This document shows positions 49,449 through 57,813 of a stretch of 64,000 nt of DNA, in pieces. The notes beneath the pieces are model-generated. The model was not told where the DNA came from. It did not search any database and saw only the letters and a list, made by a program, of their open reading frames with translations. Numbering within the stretch: the first letter of the stretch is position 1; the number at the start of each line of letters is the position of its first letter. A program made the position numbers and the translations under genes. Source of the stretch: a bacterium (lineage in GTDB: Bacteria; Patescibacteriota; Microgenomatia; UBA1400; UBA12108); the NCBI GenBank assembly GCA_021788365.1, contig JAJYKS010000004.1, forward strand, positions 28,284 to 92,283, in the 5' to 3' direction.

Positions 49449-49473
49449 AATGTATGTGATACGATTGATGGGT

Positions 49474-49740
49474 ATGGACCTGCCACAAATCTTACTATTG
49501 GTTGTTATTGTCGTCATCTCCGTCATATTGGTTGTAATTGGCGTCCAGATAATTGGACTATTGCGAGACGCCAAGGAGACACTAAAGAAGACGGACGCCA
49601 TCCTCGATGATCTCGGTTTCCTCTCTCGTACACTGACTCGCTCGGGGAGTACTATTGGGCACATGGTTTCTGGCCTCGAATCCGGCGTACAACTTGTCGG
49701 CATGCTCACCAAGCTCGTCGCCCCCAAATCGAAAAAATAG
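49474..49740 (+). CDS. DUF948-like small membrane protein
   Basis: N-terminal TM plus coiled coil, upstream of a YtxH-like gene. Confidence 0.65.
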   Translation: MDLPQILLLVVIVVISVILVVIGVQIIGLLRDAKETLKKTDAILDDLGFLSRTLTRSGSTIGHMVSGLESGVQLVGMLTKLVAPKSKK

Positions 49741-49782
49741 TTTGAAATTTGGTAATTAGTACTTGAATGAAAATTGAAATAT

Positions 49783-50139
49783 ATGACTGATTGTTCTTGC
49801 TCCCACCATCCATCTGACTCCTCCGGCTTTGTCTCCGGTCTCATGGTAGGCGTAATTGTTGGTGCTGCCGCAGCGCACTTCCTAAATAACACTGAACGAG
49901 GTCGTGAGATCCTCGATAATATAAAAGAAAACGCAGGCGATGCCTTAAAAGAAGTTGTAGAAAACCCGGCACTCGCCGAAAAAATGAAAGACTTAGAAAA
50001 AACAGTTGCCGAAGCACGGAAAACGATTAACAGCGCAGCTGAGCGTGTCGCCGAAGCCACCGAACCAGCAGAGGTAGACACATCCGCCGCCCCCAAAAAG
50101 AATTTCTTTAAATCGCTCGGTCGTTCCCTTGGTAAATAG
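49783..50139 (+). CDS. YtxH domain protein
   Basis: GFVSGLMVGVIVGAAAAHF...GRE.. Confidence 0.75.
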   Translation: MTDCSCSHHPSDSSGFVSGLMVGVIVGAAAAHFLNNTERGREILDNIKENAGDALKEVVENPALAEKMKDLEKTVAEARKTINSAAERVAEATEPAEVDTSAAPKKNFFKSLGRSLGK

Positions 50140-50154
50140 TTCTATAATGTCCCC

Positions 50155-50709
50155 ATGGAAAATTTTCTGGATTTGCTCTCGGTATATCACCCAATTGACG
50201 CACAAGAAGAGGCAAGTCGCAAAAAGATCATCTCGCTAGTCAAAAACTACGGCACTCCCGCCTTTGATCACGACTTTCTCCCCGGTCACATAACTGCCTC
50301 TGCGCTCGTCGTAAACAAAGCGCTCACCCACGTTCTCCTCAACCACCACAAAAAGCTTGATATGTGGTTTCAATTTGGTGGCCACAGCGACGGCTCACCC
50401 GACGTACGCGCAACCGCCATGCGCGAAGCACAGGAAGAATCGGGTTTACACTCGCTCGAGTTCTATCCCGGCCAAGGGATTCTCGATGTGGACGTGCACG
50501 ATATCCCAGCTCGTCCCGAGATGCCCGCCCACCAACATCACGACGTACGGTTTCTGCTGACGGCCGACATGGCCGAGCCGTTCGTTATTTCAGAGGAGTC
50601 GCACGACCTTAAATGGGTGCGGCTCGAGGATATCGAGTCCTACAATCACGAAGACACCTTCCACCGCATGATCAATAAAGTCATCGTCCTTCGTAAGTCA
50701 CTACCATAA
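50155..50709 (+). CDS. NUDIX hydrolase
   Basis: GHITASA, GGHSDG...AMREAQEESG. Confidence 0.92.
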   Translation: MENFLDLLSVYHPIDAQEEASRKKIISLVKNYGTPAFDHDFLPGHITASALVVNKALTHVLLNHHKKLDMWFQFGGHSDGSPDVRATAMREAQEESGLHSLEFYPGQGILDVDVHDIPARPEMPAHQHHDVRFLLTADMAEPFVISEESHDLKWVRLEDIESYNHEDTFHRMINKVIVLRKSLP

Positions 50710-50725
50710 TTCGAATCATAGTAGT
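50700..50725. repeat. Second copy of the TTCGAA-centred palindrome
   Basis: actaccataattcgaatcatagtagt, overlapping the NUDIX stop codon. Confidence 0.75.
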
Positions 50726-50735
50726 ATCTCTTCGT

Positions 50736-50954
50736 ATGAAAAACATACAACTAGGTAGATACGAGCATTTCAAGGGAGGATTTTACGAGGTAATTGCTGT
50801 TGGGAAACATAGCGAGACGCTGGAAGACTATGTCGTCTACCGTCACGAGGACGACGGTTCGGTCTGGGTCCGCCCGCTTTCCATGTTCATCGAGTTAGTT
50901 GAAAAAGATGGCCTCAAAATACCGCGATTCCGCTACATGGGCCCCTCGACGTAA
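50736..50954 (+). CDS. DUF1653 domain protein
   Basis: GRYEHFKG..YEVI..HSET..VVYR..WVRPLSMF..RF. Confidence 0.9.
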   Translation: MKNIQLGRYEHFKGGFYEVIAVGKHSETLEDYVVYRHEDDGSVWVRPLSMFIELVEKDGLKIPRFRYMGPST

Positions 50955-50972
50955 TCTGCTACAATACACCTC

Positions 50973-52802
50973 ATGAAATCCGCAGACATTCGCAAGAAAT
51001 ACCTCGAGTTTTACAAGGCACGCGGCCACGCCGTGATCCCTGCCGCCCCGATCGTACCGCCAGACGATCCCACCACGCTTTTCACCAGTAGCGGCATGCA
51101 GCAAATGGTGCCATGCCTAAAAGGCGAGCCCCACCCCATGGGGACACGCCTCACCGACTCGCAGCCCTCATTCCGCGCCGACGACATCGAAGAGGTGGGC
51201 GACAATCGCCACATTTGCATGTTCGAGATGCTCGGCAACTGGTCGCTCGGCGATTACTTCAAAAAAGAACAGCTTCCCTGGGTGTACGAATTCTTAACCA
51301 AAGAAGTCGGCCTCGACCCCGACCGTCTTTTCGTCTCAGTTTTTGCAGGAGACGAGTACGCGCCGCGTGACGACGAAAGTATCAAAATCTGGCAGAGTGT
51401 TTTTAGCACCGACAAGCCTGCAAAAGTAGGCACCGAAGGATTCGACCCCGCTACAAAAATCTACCTCTATCCCGCCAAAAAGAACTGGTGGAGCCGTGCC
51501 GGCGAGCCAGCCAAGATGCCGGTGGGCGAGGTTGGCGGCCCCGACTCCGAAGTATTCTACGACTTTGGCGAAGAGTTGCATTTGCACGAAAACTCTTCCT
51601 GGTCAGGAGAACCATGCCACGTAAACTGCGACTGCGGCCGGTTCCTAGAGATTGGCAACTCTGTGTTTATGCAATACGTAAAAACCGATAGTGGCGTGCA
51701 GCCACTCCCCAAGAACAACGTCGACTTTGGTGGTGGACTGGAGCGACTCGCCGCCGCATCCCAAAACACACCCGACATCTTTACTACCGACTCATTCACT
51801 TCGATACTACGTAGTATCGAAGTGTCATCGGGGAAGAGATACGAGGGCGAGTATATGCCGCCCATGCGCGTCATCGCCGACCACCTCCGTGCCGCGGTTT
51901 TCATGATCGCCCAGGGCATTACCCCCAGCAACAAATTGCAGGGATACGTACTCCGCCGCCTTCTTCGCCGCGCCGCCGTCCGCGGCCGCAAGCTGGGCGG
52001 CGACATTAAAAAGATTTTTGAGAGCAGTATCCCGACCGTGGTCTCGTTCTATAGTGACGCGGGTTTTATCTCGGCGGACTCCAGTACAAAAGTCCAAGCA
52101 GTTGTTTCTGAAGAACTGACACGCTTTGAGAAAGTTTTGACGAACGGCATCAAAGAAATCGACCGGCGGCAGGGGAAGCTGGACGAGCAAATTGCCTTCG
52201 ACCTCTATCAAAGCTATGGCTTCCCGTTTGAGATAACCAGCGAACTCGTGGCAGAAAAAGGGACAACGCTATCTCAGGAAAAATTCGACGAGCTATTTAA
52301 GAAACACAAAGAAGAGTCGCGCACGGCCAGTGCTGGTATGTTCAAGGGCGGCCTCGCCGACCACTCAGAAGTGGTGACCAAATATCACACCACCACCCAT
52401 CTTCTCCATCAAGCGCTCCGCGACGTGCTGGGCGACGAGATCTCGCAGGCTGGCAGCAACTTGACATCCGAACGCCTCCGCTTCGACTACACGTATAGCG
52501 GCAAGCCTACGGACGAACAATTGAAGAAGATTGAGACTATCGTGAACGAAAAGATAAAAGCAGATCTACCGGTGGTAAAAACCATCGAAGATAAAGACGA
52601 GGCGCTAAAATCCGGTGCCCGCGCCTTCTTTGCCGAGAAATACCCGGACAAGGTAAGTGTGTACACCATAGGCGACTACTCAAAAGAGTTGTGCGGCGGT
52701 CCACATGTAGGGCATACCGGTGAAATCGGGGGAATGAGGGTGGTAAAAGACGAATCCTTGGGTGTCGGCAAGCGCCGCATTTACGCCCGCCTTACAGCCT
52801 AA
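50973..52802 (+). CDS. alaS: Alanine--tRNA ligase (no C-Ala domain)
   Basis: DPTTLFTSSGM, FEMLGNWSLGDYFK, HTTTHLLH, ELCGGPH. Confidence 0.96.
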   Translation: MKSADIRKKYLEFYKARGHAVIPAAPIVPPDDPTTLFTSSGMQQMVPCLKGEPHPMGTRLTDSQPSFRADDIEEVGDNRHICMFEMLGNWSLGDYFKKEQLPWVYEFLTKEVGLDPDRLFVSVFAGDEYAPRDDESIKIWQSVFSTDKPAKVGTEGFDPATKIYLYPAKKNWWSRAGEPAKMPVGEVGGPDSEVFYDFGEELHLHENSSWSGEPCHVNCDCGRFLEIGNSVFMQYVKTDSGVQPLPKNNVDFGGGLERLAAASQNTPDIFTTDSFTSILRSIEVSSGKRYEGEYMPPMRVIADHLRAAVFMIAQGITPSNKLQGYVLRRLLRRAAVRGRKLGGDIKKIFESSIPTVVSFYSDAGFISADSSTKVQAVVSEELTRFEKVLTNGIKEIDRRQGKLDEQIAFDLYQSYGFPFEITSELVAEKGTTLSQEKFDELFKKHKEESRTASAGMFKGGLADHSEVVTKYHTTTHLLHQALRDVLGDEISQAGSNLTSERLRFDYTYSGKPTDEQLKKIETIVNEKIKADLPVVKTIEDKDEALKSGARAFFAEKYPDKVSVYTIGDYSKELCGGPHVGHTGEIGGMRVVKDESLGVGKRRIYARLTA

Positions 52803-52816
52803 TTTGAAATTTGAGA

Positions 52817-52857
52817 ATGGAAGTGCCCAATCCTCCCAGGGAGAAGCAGGTCAGACC
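52817..52857. repeat. Partial family A element
   Basis: atggaagtgcccaa...gcaggtcagacc shared with 9103-9137. Confidence 0.75.
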
Positions 52858-52888
52858 CTATGGGTACTCTGTGCTATGCTCTATTTGT

Positions 52889-55267
52889 ATGCCAATTGCG
52901 GATTTGTTGGATAAACTAAAACCTGGTGAGAAAGCGGAGCCGGAAAAATTTCTCGCCCTAGAGCTGACAGACGACGTTGTTGCTGCAGCCACATGGCACG
53001 TCGCCGAAGAAAAAACAGAAATCGTTTCTTTGGGTACGCCAGTAGAATGGGACAGTGAAAAAGCGACGACCGCCGACCTCGTGCAAGCAGTCGATGCAAC
53101 AGTAAGTAGCGCCATCGAGGGATTGGTAACAGAACCAGATAAGGTCATTTTTGGGGTGCCACATGGCTGGACAGACGCCGAAGGAATTGTCACGGCAAAG
53201 CGCGACATGCTCCGCAAAGTTTGTCGCGAACTGGATCTCAAGCCCCTCGGTTTCGTCGTAGTAACTGACAGCGTTTTGAGTTATCTAAAAATGCAGGAAG
53301 GAACGCCGACAACTTCCATTCTTATTCAAGTAACGGGAGGGGAGATAGTGACCCTCCTGGTACGGCTAGGCAGGATTGAAGCGACCGAGGTGGTGGGTCG
53401 AAGCGACGACGTTGTAGCCGATGTGGAAGAGGGTATTTCCCGCTTCCCCGACGTCGATAATCTACCCTCCCGCATCGTAGTTTTCAACAGCATGCATAAC
53501 CTGGATGATGTCGTACAGAACCTGATGGGCAACGACTGGAACAGCAAGTTCAAGTTTCTTCATATCCCAAAAATTGAAGCGCTCGCAAAAGACGTTGTTA
53601 TCCGCAGCATCGCCCTAGCCGGGGGTCGAGAGGTCGCCAAATCGATCGGTTTTTCTGTTGCAGAAGAAAAAGAAACCTCACGAGAGCCAGGTACCACCAT
53701 CCTCCCCGTGCCAAAAAAAGAGGAAAAAATAGACAAAGCTGCAGAGCAGGAAGAAGACGCAGATATACCAGCTAAAAAAGTCGCAATCCCGCACCCAGTT
53801 GCAGAAAGTGACGTCGTCCCCGTAGAGGATATGGATTCATTTGGCTTTACCGTAGGTGGACCGTCGCTCCCCGCGCCGGTCGAGGCAGCCGAGGAGATAT
53901 CGCCCGTCGCAGCCATGGATCCCGAAGACGAAATGACCCCCGACACGGCTGCCCCTACCGAGCCCAACGATAATCTTGCCACCGACAGCTCACAAGATAT
54001 AGCCCATCCACATCGCTCGTTTCTCCAATTTCCCTCATTTTCCAGAGTAGCATTGCTGGTAAAGAAAATTCGTCTACCGAACCTATCTCTAGGCAGCATC
54101 CCTCGATTGCCATTTGTTGGTGTGGGCATCGCAATGCTAGTTGTTATCGCCACAGCCGGTGCAGCCATCTGGTTTCTCCCCAAAGCAAGTGTGGTGGTGA
54201 CGGCTACGCCAAAAGACCTGCCTCAGACAGCACAGATAACGCTATCGCAGTCTGGGTCGGCAGTAGATCCCACAACCAATACCATCCCAGCAACCGTCAT
54301 ATCTCAGCCGGAGTCTGGCAGTCAGACAATAGAAACCACAGGAAAGAAAATCGTTGGTACACCTGCCAAGGGTACGGTAACCGTATACAACAATAGTGCC
54401 CTCGCCAAAACGTTTGCCGCCGGGACAGTACTTTCCGTGGGCTCGCTCAAATATACGTTCGACTCAGCCGTCACAGTTGCTTCAGCATCTTCGTCATCGT
54501 CGACGCCAGGGGTAACGACAATCACCGCCGGAAAGGCTAGTGGAAGTGTGACAGCCGCCACGATCGGCGACGCCAGTAATCAGCCCGCTGGCACGCAATT
54601 TACAATAGCTTCCTTTAGCAAAGATACCTATTTTGCCCAAAACGATACGGTAATAGGTGGTGGCACATCCCAAGAAGTGCAAGTTGTCGCCAAGGCCGAC
54701 ATGGATAGTTTGGTAAAAGCTCTAACGGACCAGTTGGTGGGAGAGGCGCAGTCATCCCTGCAATCGTCGACGGGGAATGGTGTCGGCATATATGTAGTAC
54801 CCGACAGTGGCAAAGTAGATTCACAAGAATTCTCAGCCAAAGTGGGAGATCAAGCAAAAGAGTTGACTGGGACACTCTCAGTGACGCTACAAGCATTTCG
54901 CTATAGCACAACCGACGCAGGAAAGCTGGTAGATAGCGCCATTGAAAAAAGTATCCCCGAGGGGTACGTCCGTACAACCCAGCCACCCACAGTTTCCTTT
55001 AGCGGAGCAACAGGCTCTGCTAGTTCAGGAGAAGTTGTGGCGACGGCACAAATCTCTGTCAAACTCTTGCCGAAAATAAATACAACAGCACTAGCGAGCT
55101 CACTTCGAGGTAAATCGGCGGCGGCAGTCGAGGAAATACTAAAAACAATTCCAGGGTTCGAGAGCGCCAAAGTGCAGATTACGCCACTGTGGCTCCCGCC
55201 ACGCTTCAAGCTTATGCCACAGAATCCCCAAAATATCACCGTCTCGATAATTCCATCGTCGGTATAA
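52889..55267 (+). CDS. Bitopic protein: FtsA/PilM-like N-domain, acidic Pro-rich linker, TM, baseplate-J-like extracellular domain
   Basis: FLALEL..VIFGVP.GW..LKPLGFVV; TM; AKGTVTVYN..FAAGTVL..VTAATIG.ASN..GGG. Confidence 0.6.
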   Translation: MPIADLLDKLKPGEKAEPEKFLALELTDDVVAAATWHVAEEKTEIVSLGTPVEWDSEKATTADLVQAVDATVSSAIEGLVTEPDKVIFGVPHGWTDAEGIVTAKRDMLRKVCRELDLKPLGFVVVTDSVLSYLKMQEGTPTTSILIQVTGGEIVTLLVRLGRIEATEVVGRSDDVVADVEEGISRFPDVDNLPSRIVVFNSMHNLDDVVQNLMGNDWNSKFKFLHIPKIEALAKDVVIRSIALAGGREVAKSIGFSVAEEKETSREPGTTILPVPKKEEKIDKAAEQEEDADIPAKKVAIPHPVAESDVVPVEDMDSFGFTVGGPSLPAPVEAAEEISPVAAMDPEDEMTPDTAAPTEPNDNLATDSSQDIAHPHRSFLQFPSFSRVALLVKKIRLPNLSLGSIPRLPFVGVGIAMLVVIATAGAAIWFLPKASVVVTATPKDLPQTAQITLSQSGSAVDPTTNTIPATVISQPESGSQTIETTGKKIVGTPAKGTVTVYNNSALAKTFAAGTVLSVGSLKYTFDSAVTVASASSSSSTPGVTTITAGKASGSVTAATIGDASNQPAGTQFTIASFSKDTYFAQNDTVIGGGTSQEVQVVAKADMDSLVKALTDQLVGEAQSSLQSSTGNGVGIYVVPDSGKVDSQEFSAKVGDQAKELTGTLSVTLQAFRYSTTDAGKLVDSAIEKSIPEGYVRTTQPPTVSFSGATGSASSGEVVATAQISVKLLPKINTTALASSLRGKSAAAVEEILKTIPGFESAKVQITPLWLPPRFKLMPQNPQNITVSIIPSSV

Positions 55268-55273
55268 TGGGGG

Positions 55274-56041
55274 ATGGATATGTCATACGCATACATAAAA
55301 GCGCCACCCGGCTATACACTAAAACGTGCACCCTCACTCGGGAGTCGCGCACGCCTCATAGCATCCACCACACTTCTAACGCTCGGTATTGCCGCATGCA
55401 CCTCGGTAGTGTACCCGATGATCGTGTATCAGATAGAATTTGCCCCACGTTTTGCCCACGCCCCGCGTGAAGCAGCAGTCACATCTGTCCCCCAGCTGGG
55501 GAGTCCGGTAGGCAAAGTTGAAGCAGCAGAAGCAGCGCCCGTCGTCGTCCCCGAAATGGTCAACACTTCACTCGACTATACCGATAGTAGTACATGGTTC
55601 ACTGGTGCTCCAACAGCGGTCGACCAAGCGCCATACTTAGTGTATTCGCTATCAATACCAAAACTTGGTATCAAGGATGCGGTTGTCCGCACCGACCATA
55701 CGGACCTTAAGAAATCGCTCATACAGTATGCTGGGACAGCCATGCCCGGGGATCTAGGGAATACGGTCATTTTCGGCCACTCGGTACTGCCGCAGTTCTT
55801 TGACCCTCATAACTACATCACGATCTTCTCAACTCTCCACACGTTGCACCCCGGGGATGACATAATTGTCGCGGCCGACGGAGCCACGTATGACTATAAA
55901 ATCGCCGATATGTACGCAGTAGAGCCAGACAACCTCTCACCTCTCGCCCAGAGTTACGACGGTCGATATTTAACACTCATTACGTGTACGCCCCCAGGAA
56001 CATTCCTCAAACGTTTGATAGTTCGGGCGGTTTTACAATGA
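55274..56041 (+). CDS. Sortase (class D/E-like)
   Basis: LSIPKLGI, GNTVIFGHS, LTLITCTPPG, KRLIVRA (His-Cys-Arg triad). Confidence 0.92.
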   Translation: MDMSYAYIKAPPGYTLKRAPSLGSRARLIASTTLLTLGIAACTSVVYPMIVYQIEFAPRFAHAPREAAVTSVPQLGSPVGKVEAAEAAPVVVPEMVNTSLDYTDSSTWFTGAPTAVDQAPYLVYSLSIPKLGIKDAVVRTDHTDLKKSLIQYAGTAMPGDLGNTVIFGHSVLPQFFDPHNYITIFSTLHTLHPGDDIIVAADGATYDYKIADMYAVEPDNLSPLAQSYDGRYLTLITCTPPGTFLKRLIVRAVLQ

Positions 56042-56430
56042 ACGCTTTTCTTGGAGTGGACTACGGACGCAAGCACATTGGCGTGGCGGTCGCCGACGGC
56101 CCATTGGCCTCGCCGCTCGCCTCGCTCGGCATGTCGTCTGATCTGCCACTCAAGATCGCGGCGCTGGCAAAACAGCACGGAGCGGTGGGGGTAATTATCG
56201 GCATGCCGGATGGTCCGCTGAGGGCAGAAATAGAGGCATTTGCCAGGGAGCTTTCTACACACGTCTCGTGCCCCGTCGCGACCCACCCCGAGACGCTCTC
56301 CACAAAAGAGGCAATAGCAGCACTGCGTGCAGGCGGAGCCAAACGAAAGAAATTGCAAAACGACCACGTCTACGCGGCCTGTCTCATTTTAGAGGACTAT
56401 CTAGACAGCCAAGCCTCACACCTGGTGTGA
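56038..56430 (+). CDS. ruvX: YqgF/RuvX RNase H-fold nuclease
   Basis: LGVDYGRKHIGVA, IIGMP, ETLST, DHVYAACLILEDYL. Confidence 0.9.
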   Translation: MNAFLGVDYGRKHIGVAVADGPLASPLASLGMSSDLPLKIAALAKQHGAVGVIIGMPDGPLRAEIEAFARELSTHVSCPVATHPETLSTKEAIAALRAGGAKRKKLQNDHVYAACLILEDYLDSQASHLV

Positions 56431-56451
56431 AGGCTCCTCACACCGGGTGTG
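56416..56451. repeat. Double CACACC.GGTGTG palindrome element supplying the ruvX stop codon
   Basis: tcacacctggtgtga aggctcc tcacaccgggtgtg. Confidence 0.78.
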
Positions 56452-56531
56452 CCACATCCTCTACAGAAGATATCTTCCTGTTGTATACTGGAAATGTTCC
56501 TGCCTCACATTACGACAATAGAAGGAGGGGT

Positions 56532-56729
56532 ATGTTTAAGAATGTCATCGCACCAATACAAGCGTGGTTACTGTCACGTGGCCAGTGTGTTGGGTGTGGT
56601 ACTCCGCTCGAAAAGGGTGTTCATATCGCACACCCCGCGGGCGAAAAAATTACGTGTAAGTGCGGTCGCATCTTTATTTGCGAAAAAGGGACCAAAAAGT
56701 ATCGCCGTGCACTCTTCAGCGAAATATAG
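56532..56729 (+). CDS. Small zinc-ribbon protein
   Basis: SD ggagg; CVGC...CKCG. Confidence 0.7.
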   Translation: MFKNVIAPIQAWLLSRGQCVGCGTPLEKGVHIAHPAGEKITCKCGRIFICEKGTKKYRRALFSEI

Positions 56730-56732
56730 TAT

Positions 56733-57689
56733 ATGTCCAGGATCGCTCGTCGCCACTCCCGCTCACTTGTGTTTGTAGTCGGAGTGCTCAGCCTTGCAGT
56801 TGCGGTGCTATTTGGATGGATATTCGTGCACTCGGTGCTTCTACCAGTCATTCCAGGCGACACGACGGTAAAAAGTTTTGAGGTTACGCGCGGAGAAACC
56901 TCAGCAGAGATAGCCGCACAGCTGCAACAAGAGGGGTTGGTAAAGTCGAGCCTGGCGTTCCGTCTGTATATAAAACTCCACAATCTAGGCAGTCGCATCC
57001 AGTCAGGCGTATACCAAGTATCTCCCGGACAGAGTGTTGCACAGATCGCTGTGGGCCTAACCCACGGTATCGCCGACACAAAAGTGACCATTCCCGAAGG
57101 CTACCGCAACGAGCAAGTTGCAGAGGTAATCTCAGCAAAATTAGGACTCTCATATAAAGAGCTACTGGTGGCCATGAAGGGGCTGCAAGGGAGATTATTT
57201 CCTGACACATACTTCGTGGGCTCCGCAGCAACACCCGCCGACATCGTCGCGGAGTTCACAAAGGTATATAACGAAAAAACGGCATCCCTCAATCCCACAG
57301 AGGAAGACATAATAATTGCTTCGCTCGTAGAGCGCGAGACTCGAGGAGACGCAGAGAAGGGGGTTGTAGCCGGCATCTTAAGGAAACGTCTCGCTGCAGG
57401 CTGGCCACTCGAATTAGACGCAACAATCCAATACGCGCTGGGACGATCCGGCAACTGGTGGCCGGATACAACACTCCTGGATCGTAAGTCACCGTCCCCC
57501 TACAACACATACTTGCACACCGGTTTGCCGCCCGCTCCGATCTGCAATCCAGGCCTAGCATCCATAGAAGCAGCTGTTCATCCAGTGAGCTCGCCCTATT
57601 GGTTTTACCTCCATGACAAATCCGGCACCATCCACTATGCCGTAACCAACGCTGAACAATCACAGAACATCGCAACCTACATTCACTAG
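56733..57689 (+). CDS. mltG: Endolytic transglycosylase MltG
   Basis: VTIPEG, LFPDTY, ASLVERE, SPYNTY..GLPPAPICNPG. Confidence 0.93.
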   Translation: MSRIARRHSRSLVFVVGVLSLAVAVLFGWIFVHSVLLPVIPGDTTVKSFEVTRGETSAEIAAQLQQEGLVKSSLAFRLYIKLHNLGSRIQSGVYQVSPGQSVAQIAVGLTHGIADTKVTIPEGYRNEQVAEVISAKLGLSYKELLVAMKGLQGRLFPDTYFVGSAATPADIVAEFTKVYNEKTASLNPTEEDIIIASLVERETRGDAEKGVVAGILRKRLAAGWPLELDATIQYALGRSGNWWPDTTLLDRKSPSPYNTYLHTGLPPAPICNPGLASIEAAVHPVSSPYWFYLHDKSGTIHYAVTNAEQSQNIATYIH

Positions 57690-57696
57690 AACCCTC

Positions 57697-57725
57697 TTGA
57701 CGGATCTAGCAGGTAGTGGTTTAAT
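57697..57725 (+). promoter_or_regulatory. Sigma70 promoter of rpoBC
   Basis: TTGACG-N17-TTTAAT with extended TG. Confidence 0.65.
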
Positions 57726-57813
57726 CACCTATTGCCCGCGGTAGTGCAAACAGGGCGTACCGAAAAAACTTCGTACGTCCGTTTTTATATTAGTGGCTAA
57801 AGGGGATCACTCC

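Noticed and set aside
37031-52802. Short IF2 and AlaRS as pseudogenes
   Set aside because: Catalytic motifs intact; domain loss is consistent with genome streamlining
54300-55267. Prophage suggested by the baseplate-J-like domain
   Set aside because: No other phage genes; domain is fused behind a TM among housekeeping genes
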